Below are positions 26,371 to 35,866 of a DNA stretch of 64,000 nucleotides, piece by piece (within the stretch, counting starts at the first letter, position 1; each line of letters begins with the position of its first letter). The stretch is from a virus (Duplodnaviria; Caudoviricetes), in IMG/VR virus record IMGVR_UViG_3300033121_000983, positions 42,167 to 106,166 of that record, one strand, 5' to 3'. The notes below the pieces were generated by a model that worked only from the letters and a program-made list of their open reading frames with translations, was not told the origin of the DNA and did not search any database. A program made the translations under genes and the position numbers.

Positions 26371-26859
26371 TCACACCGTGCCAAGGGAGAAATTAGCAGG
26401 CAGCAAGTATACCGCAGATGCCCCGGCCTGTGATGTGACTGTGAACGTCACGCCGGCGTAATCGCCGGAAAACAGCACGTTCTGCGACTGAATCTGCGCC
26501 AAACGCTCATCGGCGGGATCCGTTTCCAGCTCTTCGTTGACCAGATTACGCGCTGCTCGCTGCGCTGCTCGGGTGAATGCCGACAACAGCCCGGCAGGCG
26601 TGCGCACCGCACCGCTGCGTAATTCGGTCAAATAGCCGGTACCGCGCTCGGGAAAGTAAGGCTCCGACCCGGCATCCTGCAGAAGCTCCAGGAACACGCG
26701 CTGCGCCAGCTTTTGCAGACCGGCTGTGATAGTCCCACCGGTCGCCGGGAGCGCCAACGCCAGCGCGACTTCCTGCGGCATATCGGTGACGTTGATATCC
26801 CGCGGGTGCAGCACAAGCAGATCGACCTGGCGACCGATGTAGTCGTTTGCTGAAACCAT
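26371..26859 (-). CDS. gp25/GPW-like baseplate sheath-initiator protein
   Basis: AGLQKLAQRVFLELL...GSEPYFPERGT motif; directly upstream of baseplate J. Confidence 0.75.
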   Translation of the reverse strand: MVSANDYIGRQVDLLVLHPRDINVTDMPQEVALALALPATGGTITAGLQKLAQRVFLELLQDAGSEPYFPERGTGYLTELRSGAVRTPAGLLSAFTRAAQRAARNLVNEELETDPADERLAQIQSQNVLFSGDYAGVTFTVTSQAGASAVYLLPANFSLGTV

Positions 26860-27368
26860 TAGTTACCGCCGGCGGCAGATGCCGCGAGTTTGAGGTTAGC
26901 GACGTAATCGGCAATGCCGCGATCAAGCACACCGCCACTCACGGCATGCGCTTCCTGGCGTGCTGCGGCGTGAGCGGCGGCACGGCAATAGGGCAGCGTT
27001 GCACTGAAGTAACTACGTTCCACGGCCTGAAGAAACTCCAGCTGACTCTGTAACACCGCCAGATCGGCAACCGTCCCGCGCGGTTTCGACGGCTGTACGT
27101 TCGCTGGCTCCAGTGCGGACACCGGTCCGTCCCCGGTTTCCAGCTGTCCGACAATCGCCAGCATTTGATCGTGCAGGGTTTGCCGGTTGAAAGCTGCTGC
27201 AATCGACGCGGGATCGCGCAAGTCGAGCGCATCACCGGCCTCACCTGTTGGCTGAAACCATTGCGGGCGCGCGTTGCCTTCAACTCCGTTGTAGGCGGCC
27301 TGTGCGTACGCCCGCAGTGCGTCAACTAGCGCGGTAAACTCATCAGTGACTGTAGCGACTGAACTCAT
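26859..27368 (-). CDS. Hypothetical protein (169 aa)
   Basis: Coupled to the sigma gene and the gp25-like gene. Confidence 0.7.
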   Translation of the reverse strand: MSSVATVTDEFTALVDALRAYAQAAYNGVEGNARPQWFQPTGEAGDALDLRDPASIAAAFNRQTLHDQMLAIVGQLETGDGPVSALEPANVQPSKPRGTVADLAVLQSQLEFLQAVERSYFSATLPYCRAAAHAAARQEAHAVSGGVLDRGIADYVANLKLAASAAGGN

Positions 27369-28132
27369 GAAAACGCCTGAAGTTGTGCAGCTTCGGTCAA
27401 TAGTTCCTGGATCTTGGCTTTACGTTGCGAAATCGCGCCAGGCGACAGATTCAGACGACGCGCGATCTCGCGGTTCTCAAGTCGCGGCTGTCCGTTCCAG
27501 CCGAGTGTCCATTCGAAGATTTTCTGATTGATCGGGTTGAGATCAGCGTAGACGACCTGGTGCATGGCGTGCTGCATCCGCCGGCCGCTCGCGCCTGGTT
27601 GATACGTCGCCGGATCGTATGACGATGATTCGTCGTCGCCGCTGTTGTCGGCAAACATCCCTTCACTGGCCGGCAACACCGCGGCGCGGATTTTCTGCAG
27701 ACGCCGCGGGGCGATGCCGGTGTAATCGCTCAGTTCTTCGTCCGTCGGCTCCCGCCCGTATGTATCTTCCAGGTCGGCAGACGCACGCATCAGATGCTGA
27801 CGCGACAGGGAGACCTGCTCGGGGACGCGCAACACCTGCTGCCGTTGTCGTTCATAGCGCCGCATGCTCTGCAGATTGCTGATTACGTGCGTAGACAGTT
27901 TCGCGCGTGATGGATCGTATGACGACAATGCGCCGAGGGCGATGCGTCGCGCGTGGCCGACCGCTGTAGGACTACGGTCGTTACCAGCGTGCATCGCCAG
28001 TCCGGTGTCGATCGTCGGCCGTAGCGCGCGCAGTAACGCGCCGGTCGACGCCGGTGACGGCGTCTGTTTCCAGGCGTTAAAGAGCGACTCGTATTCGGGC
28101 TCGAGCATCGATTTTGGCGGCGACGTAGGCAT
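27365..28132 (-). CDS. Sigma-70 family RNA polymerase sigma factor (FliA/SigB-like architecture)
   Basis: Region 2 ALSSYDPSRAKLSTHV; region 3 LRVPE...GREPTDEELSDYTGI; region 4 HTH LENREIARRLNLSPGAISQ. Confidence 0.85.
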   Translation of the reverse strand: MPTSPPKSMLEPEYESLFNAWKQTPSPASTGALLRALRPTIDTGLAMHAGNDRSPTAVGHARRIALGALSSYDPSRAKLSTHVISNLQSMRRYERQRQQVLRVPEQVSLSRQHLMRASADLEDTYGREPTDEELSDYTGIAPRRLQKIRAAVLPASEGMFADNSGDDESSSYDPATYQPGASGRRMQHAMHQVVYADLNPINQKIFEWTLGWNGQPRLENREIARRLNLSPGAISQRKAKIQELLTEAAQLQAFS

Positions 28133-28135
28133 GAT

Positions 28136-29767
28136 TTACTCGAAATTGAGTGCTTCGATCAGCGGCGCACCTGTAAATAGTTTATCGTAAATAGCGTGCG
28201 TGTCGCTCGAAAATCGCGCATCTTCGTTTTCAGCAACTGTGCGCAGGTGCGAAAGTTCGTACGTCGTCTCGGCGGTCTTCGTTTCGACGTTGATACTGAT
28301 CGTCAGGCCCACAACGTAGGCGACGTAGCTTTCCAGCACATCGTCAGGTGCTGCTGGTTTTTCACGCGGGATCAGCTCCACCGTCGAGCCTGGGCAGATA
28401 TCGAACCGCAACGGCCCGCTGATACGGCAGTGAGCGCTGCGCAACGCTTCGGTGTAATACACCCACTCCGCGTAGCGCCGGTAGTAGTCACTCTCTGTAG
28501 CGCTTGCCGCACGTCGTCGTTCCGCTGCGCCGGAGTCTGGAGTACGCGGCAGCGACGTCGCGCTGCCGCGCCCGTTAACCGACATGCTCGTGTCTGTCGG
28601 CCGCGCCAACGACAATGCCAGCCCGGACATCCACTGCGGAGCCACTGTGTGCATCAGCAACCCAGCGCTGGCTTTTTCTGGTAAGAAGCACGCACCCGGT
28701 ACTGCGACGTCTCCGGACGTCAGACCGCTGCGGTCGCTACCTTGTGCAAACGCCAGCACGCCGCGTAGCGGGCGGCGAGAGCCGCGGAACGTCTGCAGCG
28801 ACTGCATGTCGTCGTAGTACATCGACTTCCACGTCGAGCGACACGCCAACTGCTGCGGAACGATGAGCGTGTCTTCAACACGAGGGATGACGCTGAACAT
28901 CAGCCCGGGCGCCAGTTCACCGACCAGCTTCTCCCACAGCGAACTGGTAACGATCGTTTCGTTGATACGGCCCTGCAACCAGGCCATCAGTTTGCCTGCC
29001 AATGCACCAGCGCTATCGACTACGCCCAAGGCTAGCGGTACCGCACGCTCGCTACTCGCCATGCGTTTCAACGCTTCAGCGGCCGCAGCGTTGCCAGTAG
29101 TGATCTGCTCGCCGCAGACCGAATTGACCTCTGATAGCCAGACGGAATTCTCGGCAGTCATCTGCAGAAACAACGGCTGGATTGCCTTCGCCCACACATC
29201 GCTGCCGACGTTGAGCGGATCTAGCAACATGGCTTCTGCGTAGTTATCGGCAATGAATGCCGACTGAGTCAAACCGCTGGAGTTACCGAAGACGGCCCGG
29301 AACGTCGCCTCAGTTGCGCCGCCAGGGTGAGTGGCGCCGCTAAGCGCAGACGCGCTGTCGACCTGATGTAGCCAGTGAATCAGCTGCAATGAGACGCTGA
29401 GCTGCTTATTCGTGCGTGTGTGACCGCGTCCGATGATGGCACCTTCGAATAGCACAATGTCGGTGTCCGGCCATGTGCCAGACGGCACCGCATCACCCGT
29501 CAGACGCATCAGCACCTTAGCGGACTGGAGCATCGTCGACACTTCGCCGACACCAGCGACGTTGCTACGCGGAGAAGGCAGCTCCAGGCGTTTACCTGTC
29601 TCCGCGTTAACACCAACGGGAATTGCAACTGTGCACGCGGGGATCGTGTTCTGCACGAACGATGTCGTCACGCTGCTGATCGGGTAGTCGGTATCGTCGA
29701 TACGCAACCACAGCCTGGGCATTGTGTGGTAGTAGCGCGTACCGCCGGTGTTTGGTAGCAACTGCAT
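28136..29767 (-). CDS. Baseplate hub (gp27/gp44-like) protein
   Basis: IVLFEGAIIG near the N-terminus and GPLRFDICPGSTVEL...YVVGLTISI at the C-terminus; downstream of the tape measure; start re-called at ATG 29767. Confidence 0.6.
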   Translation of the reverse strand: MQLLPNTGGTRYYHTMPRLWLRIDDTDYPISSVTTSFVQNTIPACTVAIPVGVNAETGKRLELPSPRSNVAGVGEVSTMLQSAKVLMRLTGDAVPSGTWPDTDIVLFEGAIIGRGHTRTNKQLSVSLQLIHWLHQVDSASALSGATHPGGATEATFRAVFGNSSGLTQSAFIADNYAEAMLLDPLNVGSDVWAKAIQPLFLQMTAENSVWLSEVNSVCGEQITTGNAAAAEALKRMASSERAVPLALGVVDSAGALAGKLMAWLQGRINETIVTSSLWEKLVGELAPGLMFSVIPRVEDTLIVPQQLACRSTWKSMYYDDMQSLQTFRGSRRPLRGVLAFAQGSDRSGLTSGDVAVPGACFLPEKASAGLLMHTVAPQWMSGLALSLARPTDTSMSVNGRGSATSLPRTPDSGAAERRRAASATESDYYRRYAEWVYYTEALRSAHCRISGPLRFDICPGSTVELIPREKPAAPDDVLESYVAYVVGLTISINVETKTAETTYELSHLRTVAENEDARFSSDTHAIYDKLFTGAPLIEALNFE

Positions 29768-29771
29768 CGAG

Positions 29772-30545
29772 TTAGCTTTCGTAGGTACGTAGCGCCAACG
29801 CAATAGTGGCTGCAGCTACTCGATCAAAGGGAGTTTCAGGCGCTGACCAAGCCGTGAATAGCGTATCGTACGGTGCCAACGGTGTCACCCGCGGGCTTGC
29901 ACCGCGAATCAGCTCGGTGACCGCCAAGCCGGCATCGTCTAGTGCGGTTGCAAGATCGGTAATCGTTGCGGTTGGACGATAGGTGAGATCAAAGATCCAT
30001 GACGTACCCTCTTCGTCCGGCACGAGCATCGCGTAGGCACCCGGCGGCGCAGATACGCTGATGGTCCCGCCAGACGCAGCAGGCTTAGGCAACGTAATAT
30101 CTGAGCGTGAAGCCGACAGCCAGCGCCAGGTCACAGTAGATGCGCCGATAGTCAGGCGCAGTTTGTGTCGTGTCACACCGCTGGCATCTACGTCGTACGC
30201 AGGCGTCTCCGAGTTGACGATTGTCACACGGTCGTCGACTGTCACGAGTGCTGCGCCGAAGACATCCGGAAACGCGCGCGCCAGTAACGCGTCGTATGTA
30301 ATTCGCGAGTCGTCGCGAGTTTCAAACGCAGCCAGCGTTGAGACGCGCACAACCTTCAGCAACTGGTACAGACGAAAATTCATCAGCAGCCGGTCCGGTG
30401 CGCTGCCGAAAAGCGCATTACGCACGGTCACTGCGTGCCCGTTAACGCTTTTCACCGTGTATGCAGGCGGCACGTAAGCGTCGCCGGCGTCGGTCAATTC
30501 CGTTGCGGCGCGGTTCAGCAGCAGTGTGCGGATGTGGTTAATCAC
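29772..30545 (-). CDS. Hypothetical baseplate-region protein
   Basis: MINHIRTLLLN start; coupled ORF in the tail operon. Confidence 0.65.
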   Translation of the reverse strand: MINHIRTLLLNRAATELTDAGDAYVPPAYTVKSVNGHAVTVRNALFGSAPDRLLMNFRLYQLLKVVRVSTLAAFETRDDSRITYDALLARAFPDVFGAALVTVDDRVTIVNSETPAYDVDASGVTRHKLRLTIGASTVTWRWLSASRSDITLPKPAASGGTISVSAPPGAYAMLVPDEEGTSWIFDLTYRPTATITDLATALDDAGLAVTELIRGASPRVTPLAPYDTLFTAWSAPETPFDRVAAATIALALRTYES

Positions 30546-31066
30546 GGCAGCAGCATCCAGCTAAGCGAAAACTCGATCAGACGCATACCAGCGTTTGAAT
30601 AGTTCCAGCGCAACTCGATCAGGAATGCGTCCTTGACCAACGTGGGCTGAAGTGTGACCTGCACGGGTTTGTCGTAAACCCCTTGGTTGTACTTGTTGAA
30701 GAACTCTACTAGCGTTCGCAGACCGGCAGAGTTCGTAGTAACTGGCGACAGCGCACTCGCTGGTGTTTCTGCCTGCTCCTGGCACAACTCGGAGAACGCG
30801 ACACCGGAAAAGGACAGCGCTCCAGGCTGCCGTCCGAAGCCGTACGAAAACAGCGAATTACCGAGGGAACCGTTGGTTTGCGCAGAAGCCTGTAGGGCGC
30901 CGTTGCCTCCCGTGATAATGATGCCTGTGCGTTCCGGCGGGTGATCAGCATCAGCCAGGTTGGTGATTTCCACGTAGCGTGGCAGTACCTCGCCATTGCC
31001 GAGGTCCAGCAGCGCGACCTTACCGGCAGTGATGTCTCCATTGGCATCTCCGAAGATGTATGACAT
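30542..31066 (-). CDS. Tube-initiator-like baseplate protein
   Basis: First gene after the tape measure; FSYGFGRQPGALSFSG echoes the tube's FYVTGRPTGQAS. Confidence 0.5.
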   Translation of the reverse strand: MSYIFGDANGDITAGKVALLDLGNGEVLPRYVEITNLADADHPPERTGIIITGGNGALQASAQTNGSLGNSLFSYGFGRQPGALSFSGVAFSELCQEQAETPASALSPVTTNSAGLRTLVEFFNKYNQGVYDKPVQVTLQPTLVKDAFLIELRWNYSNAGMRLIEFSLSWMLLP

Positions 31067-34000
31067 TACGCTGTTCCCCGCGCCATGCTGGCTGTCGACT
31101 TTCCGCTCATCTCCAGCGTCGATGTGCCGTCGCGTTTGATGTGCAGGTTGGCTACTTCGACTTTCATGTTCATTTCACTGGATGCAGCCGCGTCGGCGGT
31201 GCTGGCTACCGTATCGTCCAGCAACTTCTGCAGGTTGCGACGGCGCGGGTCTTCGACGCCCAGCTTGTCCGCAGAGTCGCGCAGGTTGAAGAACTCGGCG
31301 TCGATATCCTTGTGCTTCTCGCGGTGTGTTTCCGCGTTATCGCCCCACACCCCCCAAGTCCGTTTCTCGCGTAGTTTGTAATTTTCGTCAACCACCTTGG
31401 AGATATGCTCCAGCCGTCGCGCCGCCCCGTCAGTTCCGCGCAGGCGTGCGTATGCGGCATCGCCGCCTACTTGGTCGACGATTTCAGCATGCGTCATGCC
31501 GCTGCGTCCGTACAACGTGCGGATCGCGTTATCCAGCGTCTCGCCGGCGCGCCCATTCAATTTGTCGCGAGCTTCTTTAGCCGCGTCGAGCTCCGTATCG
31601 TTTACGGTCCCGCCGCGTTCGGTGTTAGAGTGTGCCCACTCAGCAGCTGCTCGGCGCTCCTGGCGTAGCGTACGAAGCTCGGCCATCACAGCACGTTTAT
31701 CGGCGTCACTACCCGACTTAAAGTCGCCGCTCATCAACTTACCGAGATCCCCGCCCGCGTGTTGTCGCGCTAGTGCGGCAATCCTGTCGGTTGTCGTTTG
31801 CAGCGTGTCGGCGTGTGTGACCGCCTGTGTTCCCAGTCGTTTCAGTGTATCGTCACTCAGCAGCCCGGAAACCAGCGCATGCGCAGATGCCTGCTCGGCG
31901 GCGATACCAGCGGCAATACCTTCTGTGTCTTTCCCTTTCAGTGCGCTGTCCAGGTAATTGCTTTCACGCAGCATACGGCCGATTTCGACCTGCGTGACCG
32001 GCGCAGAGCGCGTTAGCCCGGCTTCTTCGCCCAGCTCGCCCAGCGTACGAATCGACGTCTCGAGCGCAGTCGCTGATGCCTGGTACTGGGCCTGCAGTTC
32101 GGCGCGACGCTTCGGGTCTTTCTCGTTCATGAACGCTGCTTGTGCGGCGTCGAACTTCTCGCGCAGTTCGCGCAGCTTGCTCGCCTCTCCGCCCAGCTTT
32201 TTCTGCATTTCTGCCGTCGGCGTGAAGCCAAGCGTCTTCGCCAGCAGCCGCTCGACAGGTCGATCGTCCGCATCATCGACGTCCATCAGTCCCTGCGCGA
32301 ATCGCTGCAACGCGGTACCGCGCCCCAGCCCGGCGAGCTGCTGTTGAATCCGACCCTCGATCGCTGCCGACTGCTCTTCCTGCGCTGCACGTGCGGCTAG
32401 GCGTGGGTCGTTAATCGACAATGCCGTCAGCAGACCCATGCCAATGCGCTGCCGAGCTTGCACGTCAGCAGCACCGAAGCTCTGCATGGCTACGCCGGTC
32501 AGAAACTCTTGCGCACCAGGCGCAGCCAGCATCTGACGGCCTTCAGGCGTGGCGGCTAGCGCTGCTTGCACGGCGTTACGCATGATCGCGTTGCGATCGT
32601 CGGCGTTCTTTCGCTCGGCGTCCGACATACCAAACAAGCTATCGGCTGCGGCGTCTCGTGTTTGTTCGATCAGCCGCTGCCGGGTAGCGTCATCGACTGT
32701 TACACCCGCCCGCCGTAACTGCGCTTCGACCGATCCGCCCAGCGGCACTTCCATCGCACGTTCAGAAATCTTGCGCAGTTGTTGCGGCTGCAGCACGCGT
32801 TGCGTGTAACCGGCAGCACCTACGCGCTCCCCGTACTCGCGATTGATCGCACGCTGCTCCAGCATCGCTCCAAGCTGCCCGGCCGTTAGCGCACCACCGC
32901 TGCTATCTAGCAGCATTTTGATAAATTGGTCTTCGGTCAGATTAGTCGAGACCGTGGCGCCGTTCCGTTGGAACGAGCCGACACCGCTGCTAACCGCCTT
33001 GAGATAGTTCTCGGCGTCGCTGTTTGGCTGAAACACTCCAGTCATTTCTGCACGCAGGCGCTCGGCTAGCCCGATCATGTTTGCAGCGGGACTACGCGTC
33101 GCTTCTAGCGTTAGGCGTGCGACTTGCTCCTGCTGGAACTGCAAATCTGCGACGTCCCAGCCGCGGTTCGCGCCGTAGCCCAGGCCTTGGTATGCGTTAC
33201 GAAACGCGAGTGCGTTCCGCACGGCTTCTGGCGCTGCGGTCGCACCGAGACCCAGCGCAGCCGCTGTCTGCTGCGCTGAGTTCGACATACCGGCTAGTTC
33301 TGGTAGCGCAATTCCCGACTGCCGCGCCAGGTTGGCCGTGGTGCGTAACTGGTTTGCCAGCCGCGATGGATCAGCGACTTGATTGGACAACCCACCTGTT
33401 AGCGACGTCAGCGCGCCCAATAGCTCCGGGATCGGCGCATTGGGGTTGCCGTTGTCACCGAAGAGATCGCGGATCGCACTTAGCGTCTCGACATGCTGAC
33501 GAAGTGTACGCTCGACGCGTGCAGTATCGCCTGCGCGCAACGCCCCGCTGACACGTGAATCACTGGTCAGCTTCTCCAAGTCGCGTTGCGACATCGAATC
33601 GATACCGTCACGCGGGATTTCTACGCCTAATCGGCGTGCAGCGTCATTCAGAATCTCGTTCGGCAGATCACGGGCGGTGAAGCTGCCTGCCATCTGTCCG
33701 CGCAACTGTAGCTCTGCGAACAGCCGCCCAGCCTGTCCGGCGGTCATTCCGGACATGTTCTGGTAGTTCGAGCCTGCGAACATGTTCGCGTACAGCGTAT
33801 CGTTAAGCTGCTCCAGCGACCCTTGCTGCATGCCGCGACCACCCGTCACCGGGTCAGTGCGCATCATGCCGCCGCGAAACAGATACTCCGCCATGACGGT
33901 TGGGCTGCCGCGCAGGCCGGAGATTTGATCCAGCACGTTTGGAGCCATCTGCGCAAACATCGGCTCCATCGACTGCAGCGTACCCGACAGCTGACGGCTG

Positions 34001-34323
34001 GCAGCAATCTGATCTGGCCCCCATGGAAGCCCGATTGTCGACGCCAACCCGCGCAGCTGCTGTTCGTAGTTCGCCTGACTGTTGCGCGCCGCTTGCGCCA
34101 CGAAGCGATCGTGCATTTGCGTCAAGCGCATGCGGTTTAGCGCGTCGTATGGATTCTGCTGGTCCATGCCGAGCGGCGTCATGCCGAGATTCTGCGCGAG
34201 CACAGGCCCGTAACTTTGGGCAGCCATTTGCATGAGCTGCCCCAGGATGCCGTCCGTACCGGGCATACCCTCGTAGCCGTACCGCGGGCGGTACATGTCG
34301 CCAGGCTGCCCGATTTCGCCCAT
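31066..34323 (-). CDS. Tape measure protein (1085 aa)
   Basis: Long Ala/Gly/Gln-rich helical protein immediately after the frameshifted chaperone pair. Confidence 0.75.
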   Translation of the reverse strand: MGEIGQPGDMYRPRYGYEGMPGTDGILGQLMQMAAQSYGPVLAQNLGMTPLGMDQQNPYDALNRMRLTQMHDRFVAQAARNSQANYEQQLRGLASTIGLPWGPDQIAASRQLSGTLQSMEPMFAQMAPNVLDQISGLRGSPTVMAEYLFRGGMMRTDPVTGGRGMQQGSLEQLNDTLYANMFAGSNYQNMSGMTAGQAGRLFAELQLRGQMAGSFTARDLPNEILNDAARRLGVEIPRDGIDSMSQRDLEKLTSDSRVSGALRAGDTARVERTLRQHVETLSAIRDLFGDNGNPNAPIPELLGALTSLTGGLSNQVADPSRLANQLRTTANLARQSGIALPELAGMSNSAQQTAAALGLGATAAPEAVRNALAFRNAYQGLGYGANRGWDVADLQFQQEQVARLTLEATRSPAANMIGLAERLRAEMTGVFQPNSDAENYLKAVSSGVGSFQRNGATVSTNLTEDQFIKMLLDSSGGALTAGQLGAMLEQRAINREYGERVGAAGYTQRVLQPQQLRKISERAMEVPLGGSVEAQLRRAGVTVDDATRQRLIEQTRDAAADSLFGMSDAERKNADDRNAIMRNAVQAALAATPEGRQMLAAPGAQEFLTGVAMQSFGAADVQARQRIGMGLLTALSINDPRLAARAAQEEQSAAIEGRIQQQLAGLGRGTALQRFAQGLMDVDDADDRPVERLLAKTLGFTPTAEMQKKLGGEASKLRELREKFDAAQAAFMNEKDPKRRAELQAQYQASATALETSIRTLGELGEEAGLTRSAPVTQVEIGRMLRESNYLDSALKGKDTEGIAAGIAAEQASAHALVSGLLSDDTLKRLGTQAVTHADTLQTTTDRIAALARQHAGGDLGKLMSGDFKSGSDADKRAVMAELRTLRQERRAAAEWAHSNTERGGTVNDTELDAAKEARDKLNGRAGETLDNAIRTLYGRSGMTHAEIVDQVGGDAAYARLRGTDGAARRLEHISKVVDENYKLREKRTWGVWGDNAETHREKHKDIDAEFFNLRDSADKLGVEDPRRRNLQKLLDDTVASTADAAASSEMNMKVEVANLHIKRDGTSTLEMSGKSTASMARGTA

Positions 34324-34712
34324 TACCGCCCCCTACGCTGCAGAAACTCGACTGTCCGCGCAATGCGTTCCTGTGTTTCCGGCGAATCAGGATCGCCGAA
34401 CACAGCGGCCCACGCAGCTTCAGCCTGCGACAACTCGTTCCGTACGTTCTTCACAGGCTTTGCGTGCCACGGCGTGACCAATCCGATGAACTCATCGTAA
34501 CATTCCAGCGCGTTTTTGGTTAGCTGAGGACGGCTGGCGATCGTTAGCGTCAGTAGTTCCAGCTTACGCTGTTCGAGCTGACGCTCTACTAGCCGTGTCA
34601 TCAGCCACGCATGCTGTCGCCAGCGCGGATCTGATGGATTAGCGGAGCGTGCGTCAATTACTTTCTCGGCGACCGCCAGGGCATACAGATAGCGGCGGCG
34701 ATCGCCTGTTAA
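34323..34712 (-). CDS. Tail assembly chaperone T segment, reached by -1 frameshift
   Basis: The -1 frame is open from TTA (34712) through LTGDRRRYLYALAVAEKVID...HAWL into the 92-aa ORF starting at 34601. Confidence 0.75.
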   Translation of the reverse strand, partial: LTGDRRRYLYALAVAEKVIDARSANPSDPRWRQHAWLMTRLVERQLEQRKLELLTLTIASRPQLTKNALECYDEFIGLVTPWHAKPVKNVRNELSQAEAAWAAVFGDPDSPETQERIARTVEFLQRRGR

Positions 34713-34718
34713 AAATCC
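34668..34718 (-). other. Programmed -1 ribosomal frameshift signal G GAT TTT plus downstream stem-loop
   Basis: Heptamer 34718-34712 immediately precedes the TAA stop; after a 5-nt spacer GGCGATCGCC pairs with GGCGGTCGCC. Confidence 0.75.
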
Positions 34719-35857
34719 GGATCGTACGCGGCCGCCTCCAGCTTATGCGTCAAGGACACCATGTCGCGCAGCGCCTGGTTCACCAATCGAGCCGTCGCGA
34801 GCACCTGCAGTGGTCCAGTGATATACAGAGCTTCGTACACGCGGCGCACCAGGTCAGTTTTATCCCCATCCGGACTGTAGGCAAGCAGTGTCTTAGGAAA
34901 CACTGTCGGCTCGTTATCACCGATCTGCAGCTGACGCAGCATCAACGAACACAGGTAACGCTCGTGGTAGTTCAGCCGATCTGCTGGCATGTAGCGCTGT
35001 TCGACAACGTCGCGATGCACCTGAGCGACGATCGCGTCGTGTTCGTCGGGGCTCAGCGTGCGCAGCGTCACGCGCACGCCGCGGTTGCCGTAATACGTGA
35101 ACTCGCGGAAAAACTGCTCATCACTGCCCAGCGTCTGCAGCCACTGCAGTTTATCCGATTCCGTCAGCTTGACGACATCTTCCTGCCCTGCTGGAAACCC
35201 ACAGCGCGCACACTTCACATGTTTCGGTTCCAGCCCGGTGGCGGCGGGAGCGTCGGGCGGCGCAGCCTCTGCTTGCGCGGGCCCCGGTGTAGCTGCCGGC
35301 ACATCATTAACGACATCCACACGCTGCGTGTTACGTAGCGTTTTAGCCAGCGCCGGGTTGAGCTGGCCTAAGTCTGGCGCTGCTTTCGCTTCTTCGTGCA
35401 TGCGCTGGGCAGCCGCGAACGCTGCAGCCACGCGAGATGGTTGCACCGCGGACTGCTGTACCGCTGCGGGCTGTTGCGCCTGCGGCTGCTGCCATGCGGT
35501 TAGTGCGGACGCAACGGCTTTGTCGATTTCAGCTTGGCGCGCTGGCGGCAGCGTTGCGATAGGGACTGGCGTGAAATCAATTGGAACAGCGGGGGCCGGT
35601 GGTACCGGGTCTTGAGCATTGTACGCATCCTGCAACTGTGTGACCGCGGGCGGAAGCTCTTCAGCCAGTAGTTGAGGGAGGTTCGTAGGGATAGCGTTTC
35701 CAGGCTTCCAGCCCATCGCCATCAGACGTGCGCGATCTTCGGGCGGCATGTGTCGCGGATCCGGCACATAGACGCCTTCAACCATTGGCATCCGAAAGCC
35801 CGCCGGTGTGGCGACCTGCGGCTGCGGTGCTACTTGTGGTAGCTTGAACTCGGCCAT
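34709..35857 (-). CDS. Tail assembly chaperone G (Pro/Gln-rich N-terminus, CxxC)
   Basis: Position before the tape measure; CARCG; VRVTLRTLSPDE; ends at the slippery site. Confidence 0.7.
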   Translation of the reverse strand: MAEFKLPQVAPQPQVATPAGFRMPMVEGVYVPDPRHMPPEDRARLMAMGWKPGNAIPTNLPQLLAEELPPAVTQLQDAYNAQDPVPPAPAVPIDFTPVPIATLPPARQAEIDKAVASALTAWQQPQAQQPAAVQQSAVQPSRVAAAFAAAQRMHEEAKAAPDLGQLNPALAKTLRNTQRVDVVNDVPAATPGPAQAEAAPPDAPAATGLEPKHVKCARCGFPAGQEDVVKLTESDKLQWLQTLGSDEQFFREFTYYGNRGVRVTLRTLSPDEHDAIVAQVHRDVVEQRYMPADRLNYHERYLCSLMLRQLQIGDNEPTVFPKTLLAYSPDGDKTDLVRRVYEALYITGPLQVLATARLVNQALRDMVSLTHKLEAAAYDPDF

Positions 35858-35866
35858 TACTGTTTC

